A stretch of DNA of 64,000 nt, from assembly GCF_006345805.1 (NCBI RefSeq), contig NC_043005.1, positions 92,256,001-92,320,000 of the forward strand, read 5' to 3'. The stretch's first letter is position 1. Every line of letters begins with the position of its first letter. The position numbers and the translations under genes were made by a program. The notes under the pieces were generated by a model, which did no database searches, was not told the origin of the DNA, and worked only from the letters and a program-made list of their open reading frames with translations. This stretch comes from Octopus sinensis. Its lineage: Eukaryota. This document shows, one piece after another, positions 25,292 to 37,787 of the stretch.

Positions 25292-26424
25292 CTAAAAGAA
25301 GTAAAGAAACAAAAACAAATGTGAATGTAAATTCTACCTCATGTTTTCCACTAAATTGAAGAACATAAACATTCCAATTGCTTATTATAAAACCAAACAC
25401 GATGTTTTTTTTTATCAAAGTAAAACTCATATTATGCACTTCAACTACATAGTCAAAATCACTAAAATACCATACAGAGCACTTGTGGGATGATTACAGC
25501 TGTATGGTTTACCAAATAATAAGCTTCTACCATCATCATTTCCATGCCAGCATGAATTGGACAGTCCTGGCAAGCCAGAAGACTGCACCAAGCTCAACTG
25601 TCTGTTTTGGCATGGTTTCTACTGCTGGATGCCCTTCCTAATGCCTACAACCTTACAGAGTTTACTGGGTGCAGTATATTTCACCCCAACTATCTATACT
25701 TCTCCTGACGACTAATTAAATATAAACAACTCATCTAAATGTAAAATTTGTGTCATTTAATTTCTCTGAAGAATTTCTAATAGGAATTTCTTTATATGTC
25801 TATCTAACATGTAAAACTGTGATTCTTATTAGCAAATGAAACACGTGTAATGTTGAGCTTGGTGCAGTCTTCTGGCTTGCCACAACTGTCCAATTCATAC
25901 CAGTAAACTTTTTCAATTTCCTGTTTTGTTATACAAAAAATCTGCAAATAATATTTTTGTAATTGTTAACTTTGATATGTACTTTGCACATACACAGCAA
26001 CAACTTATTGGATTGCAATAATAGAATAAGCAGATGTGCTTCAAGAGACAACAGCTGGAGTTTTACCCTACCAACCTACATAGTGTGTGTGTGTGTCTCA
26101 TTGTTGAGGTGGATTTTCTATTGCTATATGCCCTTCCTGTCACAGACACACAAATACATACATATATATATATACGACGGCTCCTTTCAGCTTCCATCTA
26201 CCAAATCCACTCACAAGGCTTTGGTCGGCCAAAAGCTGTAGTAGTAGACACTTGTCCAAAGTGCCATGCAGTGGGACTGAACCTGGAACCATGTGGTTGG
26301 GAAGCAAGTTTCTAACCACACAGCCATTCCCGTGCCTATGTGTGTGTATGACATTAGTCGTTATATAGAATGGAATTCATGCAAACAATTACTTGTTAAT
26401 TAAGCACTTTACACGATAATTTAC

Positions 26425-26574
26425 CTGACCCATATTTTCCACCAAACATTTAATGAGAACAATGAGCATGTCTGTATCATCTGTCCAGTCACCAACTTCC
26501 CATTGTTCACGATGCCGGTCCACTACCATTCGTTTGCACACCAATTCTAGTTCATCTGATACACAGCCATAATT
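26425..26574 (-). CDS. ADP-ribosylglycohydrolase-family gene, exon 3 (NYGCVSD...GDWTDDTDML...NMGQ)
   Basis: ataacccag acceptor, CAG|gtaaat donor, 150 nt; catalytic WTDDT motif. Confidence 0.95.
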
Positions 26575-27014
26575 CTGGGTTATAAAAAATAAAAACACAA
26601 AAAAGTACAATTTAGAACTTAAAATACAATGAAAATATCTATAATGTAAAAATCTACATTTGTTTAGCTGTTTCATTTTTACATCTTAGCATGGTTGAGA
26701 TGAAGATAATTACTAAGGCATTCTTTCACAGTCAGATGCCTTTCCTTACACTAACCCTTAGTTGTTGTTCATGTAAACAATTCCACATATCTTTGAAAGC
26801 ACAAAACTAGCAGATGAATCCTTAACAGGAGGAGAAAAAGGACAACGATGTCACCACTTGTGGGTTGCAATTTTCAGAGAAGCATGAATATAAACAAAAC
26901 AGACACACATATGTACACGGTGCTGCAGCTCACCAATTCCCTGTCAAACCATCCTACCCATATGCCAACTAGGAAAACGGACACTAAATGACGATACATA
27001 TATATATATATATA

Positions 27015-27500
27015 TCATCATCGTTTAACATCCGCTTTCCATGCTAGCATGGGTTGGACGATTTTGACTGAGGGCTGGCGAACCAGATGGCTGCACCAGG
27101 CTCCAATCTTGATCTGGCAGAGTTTCTACAGCTGGATGCCCTTCCTAATGCCAACCACTACGAAAGTGTAGTGGGTGCTTTATAAATGCCACCAGCACGG
27201 GGGCCAGTCAGGTGGTACTGGCAATGACCTCGCTTGAATCTTTTTACACATGCCACCGGCACAGGTGCCAGTAAGGCGACGTTGGTAACCATCATGCTCG
27301 AATGGTGCCCTTGGCACCTTACTAGCACGGGCACAAGTGCCAGTAAGGCAATGCTGGTAATGATCACACTCGAATGGTGCCTTTTATGTGCCACTGGCAT
27401 GGAAGCCAGTTAGCTGCTCTGTCAACTATCATACTCGTATGGTGCTCTTTGCACCTCGCTAGCACAGATGCCAGTCATCGAATTTGATTTTAATTTCACT
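27015..27500 (-). mobile_element. RTE 3'UTR fragment
   Basis: Colinear with 12875-13420 and 31695-32250. Confidence 0.85.
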
Positions 27501-27532
<32 letters not shown>

Positions 27533-29559
27533 TGCTGCAGGTGTACCTGTGTGGTAAAGTCAGCTTCCCAACCACAAAATGATGTCAGGTTCAGTCCCCT
27601 TGCATGGCACCTTGAGCAAATGTTTTCTACTAAAGCCTTGGGCCAACAAAAGCTTTGTGAGTAGATTTGGCAGATGAAAACCAAAAGAAGATCGTTGTGT
27701 GTATGTGTGTGCACGTTACTGTGTCCTTGCCTTGAGTTCCTGTGATAGTTGTAAAAGAATGTCCCCATCATGCAAATGGCATCCTTTCTTTCCAATCTTC
27801 CATGAAAGCATGCTGCATCATGGGGAATATTACTTTACTTGGAAACTAGTTAGGGTTGGTGATATGAAGGGCATCCAGTTGTAGAAAATCTGCACCAACA
27901 AGTTCTGTGCAACTCATGCAAGCATGGAAAAGTGGGCGATGATGATTATGATGAGCTTCTTTCAGTTTCACGAGTTTTGGGTTGACCTGGAGCTATTGTG
28001 ATGGCATTTACTCAAGGTGCCATGCACTGGGGATAAACCTGAAACCTTGTTGTTCAAAAGCAAACATCTTAACCACACAACCACTTGTGTTATCACACCA
28101 GCATGAGTTGACCACTTCAGGAGGACCTGAGCCAAGCTCCAATATCTGCTTTGCATGGTTTCTACAGCTGGATACCCTTCCTAATGCCAACTACTTTACA
28201 TAGTGTACAGGATGCTTTTTTGGCTTTTTCATGCTACCAGCCGGATGCCCTTCATATCACCAATCCTAACCAGTTTCCAAGTAAGATAGTATTCCCCATG
28301 GTCAGGCATGTTTTCATGGAAGATTGGAAAGAAAGGATGCTATTTGTATGATGGGACATTCTTTTACAACTATCACACAAACTCAAGGCAAGGACACAGT
28401 AACGTGCACACACATGCACACACACGTGCACACATAATGCATGCACACACACACACACACACATGAATACACATGCACACACACACACACTCACATGCCA
28501 AGTACTCTTGCAAGAGAAAATACCTCAACTGAGTAAGGGTATAGTATTGAAGAAGGTGAAAGTATGTTAGAGGGACAGTAACAGACATCTTGCTGTTGAG
28601 GAGATGTATGGTTTCCCTATCTAGAAAGAGGAAAAAGAGATGGTGAGGACATACCCTCAAAGTACAAGGTGAATATGCGAAAGAGAATAGGGACAGAGGA
28701 ACAGAGAGAGTGCATGGGTGCTACAGTGTAAGTGTGCTGGAGTGTAAAAAGAGTGTGACAGAGGATTAGAGAGGTGAATACTGTGAATATAAGTTTGGGG
28801 GAGCGAAGGGGAGGAAATAGGGTCAGGGAGGGGAGTCAGTGGTAAGGGACAGTGGTAGTAGTAGTAGGGATACAATATGAAATGTAGGGGAATGAATGGT
28901 ATCATTTACAACCTCTGTGAAAGATGGTCAATAAAATGAGATGACCAACAGTCTTCTATTTTTTTTTGGGGGGGGGGTTTAACTCTTGAATACTTTCTCT
29001 TTTAACTTTCCATTTGAAAGTACCAATGCATTTTTAACCTCCCATGCAGTGTGCCAGTAATTTTTTTTATTTGGTCTTAAGAGTTCCATGAAACCCAGAA
29101 AGATTCAGGACCTCTAGTTTAGACATGTAATATAATGGTGTCAAAATATATTGGCTGACAGCAGCCAATGCAGAAGTTATCCTTATTGTATAGCCTTAAG
29201 TGAGCCCTGATGAAGCAAACCCATGGCGCATGGGGTAACATCTACAGTAGACTTGGTTACTATTTCTAGAAGTTTATCAATGCAGAAGTTTTCTAAAGAC
29301 ACGAATAAACCAAATATCACAGAATATGCATACACACTCAAAAGATACTGCCTACTCGTTGAAACATTACAGTAAGAAAAATATACAGGTGTAAAAACAA
29401 TATTTCTAAAAAATATGATGATGATAGTGGTGATGAAATTCCTAAGAAGTGTCAATTTTTACATACTTTCTTTCATACCGTATTGTTTAGATAATACACT
29501 GAATATAAAACCTTTTGAAAGGAAAATATTAACTTTCTTTGGAATATTACCAGCATCGC

Positions 29560-29800
29560 CAATGTGTAAAAGATTTGAGCGAGGTCGTTGCCAGTACCGC
29601 CTGACTGGCCCCGTGCTGGTGGCACGTAAAAGCACCCACTACATTCTTGGAGTGGTTGGCATTAGGAAGGGCATCCAGCTGTAGAAACTCTGCCAGATCA
29701 AGATTGGAGCCTGGTGCAGCCATCTGGTTTGCCAGCCCTCAGTCAAAATCATCCAACCCATGCTAGCATGGAAAGCGGACGTTAAACAATGATGCCGACG
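29560..29800 (+). mobile_element. RTE 3'UTR fragment
   Basis: Family 3' end. Confidence 0.8.
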
Positions 29801-29972
29801 CCGCCAATGCCACCGCCGACGATTGTCAGTAAAGATAGCATGATGAAAATTATATTCCTAAAGAAGGTTTATATTTTCTATTAAATAGCCTTCAGAAAAA
29901 CACAGGAACAAATATTAGGAAATTATATCTCAAAAGTCTAAAACAAGAAAACATTCTAATAAGCAAATGTAC

Positions 29973-30092
29973 CTTTTTAGCATCTTCTTTGGTAAGTGAT
30001 TCTGTAAGAAGACCTAATGCATCACCAACAGCATGTCCATAAATAGTTGCATAAATGCATTTGTACACTCTGTCGATCTCTTTCTTAGGAAG
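29973..30092 (-). CDS. ADP-ribosylglycohydrolase-family gene, exon 2 (LPKKEIDRVYKCIYATIYGHAVGDALGLLTESLTKEDAKK)
   Basis: attattccag acceptor, AAG|gtacat donor, 120 nt; G.A.GDALG...E motif. Confidence 0.95.
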
Positions 30093-30560
30093 CTGGAATA
30101 ATTTTATGAGAAAGTTAAAATTAGAGAAAAGTTGTTTTTTTTTTCAACTTCAGTAGCATACAAGAATATGCAGACTTATTTTGCTTTCATCAAATTTCTA
30201 TTAATTTTCCTTTTTATATTTTTGGGAGATGTGATCAAAAACTGATGCAATTTGGTCTTGTTTGTAATTTCATTAATTAATTAATTAATACATAAATTGT
30301 TAGTTAGTTAGTCACTTCTATAATTAGTTGCTGTGTACAAAAACTGAAAACCTAGATTCAGATTTGAAATCAAACTTTAAAATCAATCTATAAGCTCAAT
30401 ACATAGGTACAGTTTTAAGGGTAGAGATAATTATCTCTAGGCATGATGGTATGGCACCTTGAGCAAGTGTCTTCTACTATAGACTCGGGCCAACCACAGC
30501 CTTGTCTGTGGATTTGGTAGACAGAATCTGAAAGAAGCCTGGTGTGTGTGTATATGTATC

Positions 30561-31670
30561 TCGCCAGGAGGATTGATGCCAACATTATCAGATGGAGCCT
30601 GCTTCGGGCATGCATGAGCAGGGAAACGTTTCGGTAGAGCACAACTGGAGACAATTAGCAGTGGATGTAACACACCACCGGCAGGGGACATATCTCTCGT
30701 TAGTCGATTGTATGCTGGGCCAGATGGCCATTTGGAGGAAATTGAGGACAGGCACTGCAGATAAGGTGGCACATATTCTAAATGAGGTATTCTTAGAGCA
30801 GGGCCCTGTGGATGATTGCTGATGGACAACAGCACAGCATTTCATTCGGAGGCACTGAAGGAGGAAAGTGCACCACTTTTTCATAGCGGCATACATGCCA
30901 AGTGGAAATGGGATCGTGGAGAGACACCATCGAATGATCAAGGCCATGGTGGAGAGGGAATATGTCTCGCCACCGGAAGCAGTGTTCTAGTACATGTCAT
31001 CCTGATCAGGACAGGCCAAAGAGTCCATGCCACATAGAGAAATATTCAAATATGAATGGCAGCATCCGAGTAAACCACAGAGATGCCCTGTAGAAGAGAG
31101 AGGGCCTGACTTTGTGGAGGTGGGAGATGAAGTCTGGGTCATGCCACCAAAGGCACACTGCACAACTCAGTGGAACAAAGGAATAGTGATGGCTGTCAAT
31201 TCCAAAAACAACATCTCTGTGGATGGAAAGCTGTGTCATGTCTTGGATGTTGGTAGGATTGTCGCTTCATCAGATGATGACTGTAGAGAAGAGGAAAACA
31301 ATGGGGTTCCCAGTTTAAGAAGATCACAACAGGCAAGGTGCCCACCCAGATGGGTGGTAGATTTCGACATGGAGTGAAGTGAGGAGGTGATCTTTGAGAT
31401 CAGAGGGGCATGTGGGGATGAGCTGGAAGAAGAGGGCCATGACATCAATGGTCAAGGGACTGACTGAAAGAGGAAGCATGAGAAGGGAAATGCAGGGAGG
31501 ACAGGACATGGTCATCCTCTTTTTTTGGCCATCCAAGGCATTGCAAACGGACATGAGGGAATTCACTCTCGGGTTAGAGATAGCAGCTGCTTATACTGGG
31601 TGACAGGGTAGGGTAGGATCACCAGAGCGACTACTACTAGACGGGTGCAGACAAGAGAGGAAGGTAGGTG
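30561..31670 (+). mobile_element. Ty3/Gypsy remnant: integrase core plus probable LTR-proximal sequence
   Basis: WRQLAVDVTH, LVDC, MDNSTAF, SGNGIVERHHR-like segments across frameshifted ORFs 30592-31377. Confidence 0.82.
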
Positions 31671-31694
31671 AACCTGTTTTCATTTCCCACGCAA

Positions 31695-32458
31695 AACACT
31701 TATGTAATCCATCATCATCATCATCATCGTTTAACGTCCACTTTCCATGCTAGCATGGATTGGACGATTTTGACTGAGGGCTGGCGAGCCAAATGGCTGC
31801 ACCAGGCTTCAATCTTGATCTGGCAGAGTTTCTACAGCTGGATGCCCTTCCTAACACCAACCACTCTGAGACTGTAGTGGGTGCTTTTTACGTGCCACTG
31901 GCACAGGGGCAATTACCTCACTCACAGGGCAATTACCTCACTCAAATCTTTTTACACATGCCGTGAAGCGACGTTGGTAACGATCACACTCAAATGGTGC
32001 CCTTTTACATGCCACGGGTACAGAAGCCAGTTGGCTGCTCTGGCAATGATCACGCTCGGATGTTGCTCTTAGCACCCTACTAGCACAGGCATAAGTGCCA
32101 GTAAGGCGATGCTGGTAACGATCATACTCAAATAGCCGCTCTGTCAACAATCAAGCTCGTATGGTGTTCTTTGCACCCCGCTAGCATGGATGCCAGTCAT
32201 TGAATTGATTTAGGTTTTCATTTCACTTCCCTCAACAGGTCTTCACAAGCAGAGTTTAGTGACCAAAGAAGGAAAAGGTACGCATAAGCGGGCTGGTTAC
32301 GCTCCTGGCATAGGCCACAGGTTATGGTCCCATTTGGCTTGCCAGGTCTTCTCGAGCACAGCATATTTCCAAAGGTCTCGGTCGATAGTTATTTCCTTGG
32401 TGAGGCCTAATGTTCGAAGGTCGTGCTTCACCACTTCATCCCAGGTCTTCCAGGGTCT
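31695..32458 (-). mobile_element. RTE 3' end (ORF C-terminus plus 3'UTR), 5'-truncated
   Basis: 32260-32458 matches 49330-49550 in reverse; family tail at 31700. Confidence 0.85.
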
Positions 32459-32528
32459 ATTTGTCGAATTATATCAAAGGAATGCCGACGAGTGCTACTG
32501 GAAAGGCTCCCTTGCCAACGAGTATTGA

Positions 32529-33227
32529 GGATCTTTTCCTTTTGAATGGCAGTTTTCAACACAATTTCTAGTTAACAAAACACTTTTAAACTTCGTATAC
32601 TGGTAGAATGTGTCAAAATAAAACATTTTTTCTCTTGGCTTTCTTGAGAAAATTGTAATTTGTAAGTTTAACGTAGTTTAATTTTTCGAATTTTAACCAA
32701 TCGATTACCTCTAAAACTGAGACAACATCTTATCACTAACCCTAACCCTAAATTTTAGACTTTCGTTTTTTTTTTTCTTAATTGTTAAATTAATTTAATT
32801 GTTACGCGTGTGTCAAAAATTATTCGTTTTGTTTTTGTTTTGAGATACACGTGTATTGTTTAAACTAATTTCCATTGCTTAAGAAAAAAAACGGAAGGCT
32901 AAAACGAAAACAATGGAAAATAATTTAAACAATTAACAAACAAGATAATTCTATAATTTTATACATACGCTTTCCGTACGTAAACATAACAGAGACAGGA
33001 TGTTGTCTCAGTTTTAGACGCAGCAAATGATTTTAGCTCAATAGAGGCTATTGATTGGTTAAAATTCGAAAAATTAAACTACGTTAAGCTTACAAATTAC
33101 AATTTTCTCAAGAAAGCCAAGAGAAAAAAATGTTTTATTTTGACACATTCTACCAGTATACGAAGTTTAAAAGTGTTTAGTTAACTAGAAATTGTGTTGA
33201 AAACTGCCGTTCAAAAGGAAAAGATCC
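32529..33227. mobile_element. MITE with ~200-bp TIRs and 8-bp TSD
   Basis: TIR ggatcttttccttttgaa.../...ttcaaaaggaaaagatcc; TSD agtattga at 32521-32528 and 33228-33235. Confidence 0.9.
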
Positions 33228-33879
33228 AGTATTGACCCTCAAGTAAAGATTTGCCAAAAAATTTTCCGTGAAATTAGTGGGGGTGAGAGAATTTCCGAGG
33301 GTTTCACCCCACATACCCACCCGTTTTCCAGACAAAAAAAAAAGTGTTTTGTGACATATCAGGAACTCACCGGGTTAATGTTTACATCTTGACCCGGGAA
33401 TGAAAATTCGAAAAATATACTAGAATGGGTGTAAAACAATGTTTAGAAAACAATGCGCGCAAAGCAACGGGAGGGTGGCGAGAGGACCACGGAAAATTCA
33501 CAAGATCAGAGCTTTTCCCTCGTAACTTTTAGGAAAATGGGGGTTTTTTTTCAATGAAACTTTATAGAAATACCTTTCAAACGGCATATAATTACGATTA
33601 TAAAGTAATTTGCGGGGAAAATCTTTTCCAAGGGGGTAAGGAGAGGACTTCGGAAAATTCACAAAAGCCGAGTTTTTACCTCATAACTTTTAGGAAAATG
33701 GAGGTTTTTTTCAATGAAATTTTGTATAAATACGTTTGAAACGGCAAACACTAAGACTATAAAGTAATTTGTGGGGGAAATCTTGAGGTAGGGAGAGGAC
33801 TTTCGGAAAATTCCCAAGATCCGAATTTTTCCTCGTTATATTCCGAGATCATATTTAACTTTCAACAGATACCCTAGCG

Positions 33880-35059
33880 CAGGGGTGGGCAAACTACGGC
33901 CCGCCATAGGTTTTCATGCGGCCCGCCGAGAGCTTTATGAATCCCAATTCCAAAATCTAAAAAAATTTGCAAGAAAGATGTTTGTGTTGTTTGCATCAAC
34001 TTACATATGTGAGTGGAGGCGCAATGGCCCAGTGGTTAGGGCAGTGGACTTGCGGTCGTAAGATCGCGGTTTCGATTCCCAGACCGGGCGTTGTGAGTGT
34101 TTATTGAGCGAAAACACCTAAAGCTCCACGAGGCTCCGGCAGGGATGGTGGTGATCCCTGCTGTACTCTTTCACCACAACTTTCTCTCACTCTTACTTCC
34201 TGTTTCTGTTGTACCTGTATTTCAAAAGGGCCGGCCTTGTCACTCTCTGTGTCATGCTGAATATCCCCGAGAACTACGTTAAGGGTACACGTGTACAGTG
34301 CTCAGCCACTTACACGTTAATTTCACAAGCAGGCTGTTCCGTTGATCGGATCAACTGGAACCCTCGTCGTCGTAACCGACGGAGTGCTTCCACATATGTG
34401 AGCAGACTTTCTCCATCATGAAAATTAACAAGGGGAAGAATCTATCACTTCTCACAGACTCAAATCTTCAGTCAGTGTTAAGAATCAGCACAAGCAACTT
34501 GACACCTAATTTTGACAAACTGGTAAATGACAGTAGACAGCTGCATCATTCTCATTGACATTGTTATTTACAGAGCCGCTTTGTTTTTCAAATAAATGTT
34601 TCAGGTGACGTTTCTAATTTCAGATATCAATTCATATTAATAAACTGTTATTTCTCTTTAAAATCTTTTATTTTGGGTATCCTAGAATTTAAGTATAATA
34701 TTCATCATGGTTGTCCATAATATTAAAAGGTGGTTGTCCACAATTAGTGCAGATTTTACTAGGAAAATTCCGTTCCTGGCAATTGTAAGCAATAACAGGC
34801 TGTCCAAAATAACCGAGGTTCCTGTAATAATTTCAACTATAGGAGCAAATAACCGAAAAACATGAACCCGATACTCTAAAAAATAAATTAAATCACTTAA
34901 ACCAGGAATATTTCACAAAATTTCCTTTCAATCGATTGTGTGTTTATAGGTCTATAACCGCCTTTAAAAATATTTTCACTTGATTTTTATAAATGAGGCC
35001 CGCCAAGGTTCCAAAGACGCACTGTGCGGCCCGCGATCAAAAAAGTTCGCCCACCCCTG
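33880..35059. mobile_element. Non-autonomous hAT element
   Basis: TIR caggggtgggc(a/g)aac; 8-bp TSD ccctagcg at 33872-33879 and 35060-35067. Confidence 0.9.
34014..34391 (+). mobile_element. Young full-length tRNA-derived SINE (second family)
   Basis: A box tggcccagtgg, B box ggtttcgattcc; 11-bp TSD acatatgtgag at 34003-34013 and 34392-34402. Confidence 0.88.
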
Positions 35060-35221
35060 CCCTAGCGTAACACTACGTAGTGGTTATTTCTACCCACATT
35101 TAATAATGTTTAGTGTTTTGCCTTCAATTTTGTTTCATTTTCAATTATTTTTACGCTTTTGTAACCCTTCATCGTTATTGTCATTGACTCGTTATTACTT
35201 TCCATGTATATATATATATAT

Positions 35222-35418
35222 ACCGGAGTAAACACATAAATGTGAAACAAGGTGGAAAAAAGAGTACTCAAATACCAGAGGTAGAGTAATATACTTTATT
35301 TAAAAGCAGCAGAAATATAACAAAAGCTGTTACTCGGAGTTTCACGTTCCCGTTCGTCAGACGTGAAACTCTGAGTAACAGCTTTTGTTATATTTCTGCT
35401 GCTTTTAAATAAAGTATA
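35222..35418. mobile_element. Penelope-type terminal-repeat remnant forming a 58-bp hairpin
   Basis: Arms 35290-35347 and 35361-35418 with 1 mismatch; 13-nt loop. Confidence 0.75.
35326..35360 (-). ncRNA. Partial hammerhead motif (CUGACGA-ACG-ggaa-CGU-GAAA-CUC-c-GAG-UA); 5' strand of stem I lost at the inversion junction
   Basis: Direct parse of the reverse complement. Confidence 0.6.
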
Positions 35419-35784
35419 TATATATATATATATAAAGAGAGAGAGATACATATATTGTTGGGGTGAGTTGGTAAAACTTTACCCAGCCATGTTATCGTGG
35501 TAAAAAAAAATGTTACCGTCTAGTATTGTTACCACTTATATCTTGTTTAGAGATTTTAGAAGTGGCTGCGTTCCTCATTTGTAATTTAATTTTTTTAATA
35601 AAAAAAAAAGAAAGCAACAAAGAAAATTATAGATAAAACAGTAAGAAAAATATATAGAAAAAATCGCCAGCGTGTCCTGTGATATTTTGAGAAATAAATG
35701 AGATAAAGCAGCAACTGTAGATCTTCTGAATATTCACAGACGAAAACCAAATACTTTACAAAAGATATTGATTAAATACCTAAC

Positions 35785-35892
35785 CTTATTGTTGATAATT
35801 TTCCTTCTTTTCGCTATATATGACTGTCGAGTAATGGTTCTGAGCGGTTCCTGTATGTTTAATTTCCTTTTTAAGTTACCGCCCGACGCCAT
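35785..35892 (-). CDS. ADP-ribosylglycohydrolase-family gene, probable first coding exon (MASGGNLKRKLNIQEPLRTITRQSYIAKRRKIINNK)
   Basis: atcATGG start context in a locally CpG-richer stretch, AAG|gttagg donor, 108 nt, phase 0 matching exon 2; no homology support. Confidence 0.7.
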
Positions 35893-36326
35893 GATTCGTC
35901 AGGTAGATTATATTAAACGACAGGTATGCCTTCAATGACCTCAATTTTACGGAAGATGAACTTCACATTCCGTACCTATCACCTGTTACTCCTTCATTGG
36001 AGAAAAAAAAATACACATATGTACACCTCAATGATTTATTTCCCGTCTTAGATCTGTTTACGAACAGCACTAACGGCTGGTGAATGGAAGGAAAACAATT
36101 AAACCTAAATGTTTAATTTTATTTGAATTTAATTATGATACATTTTGATTTATTTTAACTTTTAACTTAACCAAGATAAACGAATGTTCTTCCTAAAACT
36201 GGAAAAGTAATCTTGTGTTATGAAAACGAATAGATTACTTCGTCAGAATGAATTTCTAGGTTGATATAAGCATATGACTATCAATATTTTTGTCTTATGT
36301 AACAAAGGCTTACGTAAAACCTATAC

Positions 36327-36365
<39 letters not shown>

Positions 36366-37741
36366 ATGTATATATATGTATATATATATGAGTGTGTGTG
36401 TGTATATATATATATACGTGTGTGTATGTGTATATATATACATATACATATACATTATATATATACATATACATATACATATATATATATATAGGTTTTA
36501 CGTATATAATAGGACGATCTCGGTGTAAAACGTACTAAATTAAAAGGGAAGTACATTTATTTTTATTTTTTTACTTTTTTGCCTACATCATTTTATATTT
36601 CCCTGTTTTCCTTTTATCTCTTTTCTTGCTGGTTGTTTATATTTTAAGAGAGATAATGATTTGGTTATTGTTCAGTTTTGGCTGATTAAAAAAGTAAACA
36701 AAAATTAAGGGGGAGATAAGTCAGCTTATTTTTCCCACTATTTTTTACACAACATAAAAATGCAGGGGTCAATGTAATCAACTTAGCCTCTCCTCCAGAA
36801 TTGCTGGCCCTATGCCAAAATTTGAAACCAATATTTCATTTATTCTTCCAGGTGTTAAGCTGACAGAGCAGTTAGCATACTGGGCAAAATGTTTCAAGGC
36901 ATTTCATTTACCCTTATGTTTGAGTTCAAATTCTACCAAGATCAACTTTGCTTTTCATCCTTTTCGGGGATGATAAAATAAGTACTAGTTGAACACGGGT
37001 TGATGCAATCAAATTACCCACTCCTCCTCCTCCTCAAAATAACTAAAACCAGTACCAACCATTACAAAACATATTTCATGATAGATTATTTTAGCATTTT
37101 CTACTCTGTCTTATTTTTGTTACACACACACAGTTGAAAGAGAATCAATTAAGATCAGGGCATCTTAAAGTGAAACACACCACATTAAGGGTAAACCAGT
37201 CCAGTTTATGAAGGAGGTATTGATATAGGGAGGTCCACTAGTAATCTACAACTCCAGAAGTATTCAAAGTTGAAGAGAACTTCAGCATGGTGTAAAATAA
37301 CAAAAAAAAAAAAAAAAGAATAGATTAAACCAAATTGCTATGATAATCTCTTTAAGAGATTTTATTGCATTGTAACATCGAACAGGTTGGTACATGAAGT
37401 GCAACACCCATAAGGTATTCAAAAAACACAACAGAGAACCTCTCAAATCACCTGGCTGCACCATGGTTCATAGAAATAAATATTGGCAAGCTTCTCAAAC
37501 TTCTTTCAGTTTCCATCTACCAAATCTAGTCATTAGACTTTGGTGAGTCTGAAGGTAAGATGGCAGGCACTTGCCAAAGGTACATACCTGCACCTACTGA
37601 AGACATTTTTTTCTTAATTTACTGGAACTCATTTTATCAAATCTTTTACTATAAAAGGGAGAGAAATAAAGTTGTTAACACTAAAGAAATTTGTACATTA
37701 TTTACATTCGATGGATATTTGTCCTCATCTTGTTTGTTGTT

Positions 37742-37787
37742 AACACAATGTTTCAGCTGATATACCCTCTAGCCTTCATCAGGTGTC
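37742..37787 (-). ncRNA. Decayed type I hammerhead motif (GACAC-CUGAUGA-AGGCU...AGCU-GAAAC-AUU-GUGUU)
   Basis: Core and stem I present; stem III restored to palindromic AACGUU by reverting one CpG transition. Confidence 0.55.

Larger units (their letters stand above)
32459..35110. mobile_element. Non-coding Helitron-like element with ~160-bp internal tandem repeats, interrupted by a MITE and a hAT element
   Basis: Repeat 'cggaaaattc...aggaaaatgg..gtttttttcaatgaaa' occurs 2-3 times at 33490-33850; a related inverted copy is at 42720-43310; class is inferred. Confidence 0.5.

Noticed and set aside
27700-28410. Inverted duplication of about 150 bp
   Set aside because: Explained by two oppositely oriented SINE-type tails
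29200-29260. CUGAUGA followed by the hairpin ccatg-gcg-catgg (possible hammerhead or SECIS)
   Set aside because: No GAAA or UH with matching stems; intronic; no in-frame TGA in the ARH exons to suggest a SelJ-type selenoprotein
34014-34090. tRNA gene-like sequence
   Set aside because: It is the head of a SINE with a body, tail and TSD, not a tRNA gene
35895-35902. CUGACGA on the minus strand just upstream of the ARH ATG
   Set aside because: No stem II or GAAA follows
35891-35902. Plus-strand mini-exon ATGATTCGTCAG|gtag (MIRQ)
   Set aside because: Overlaps the better-supported minus-strand start; no downstream plus-strand exons found
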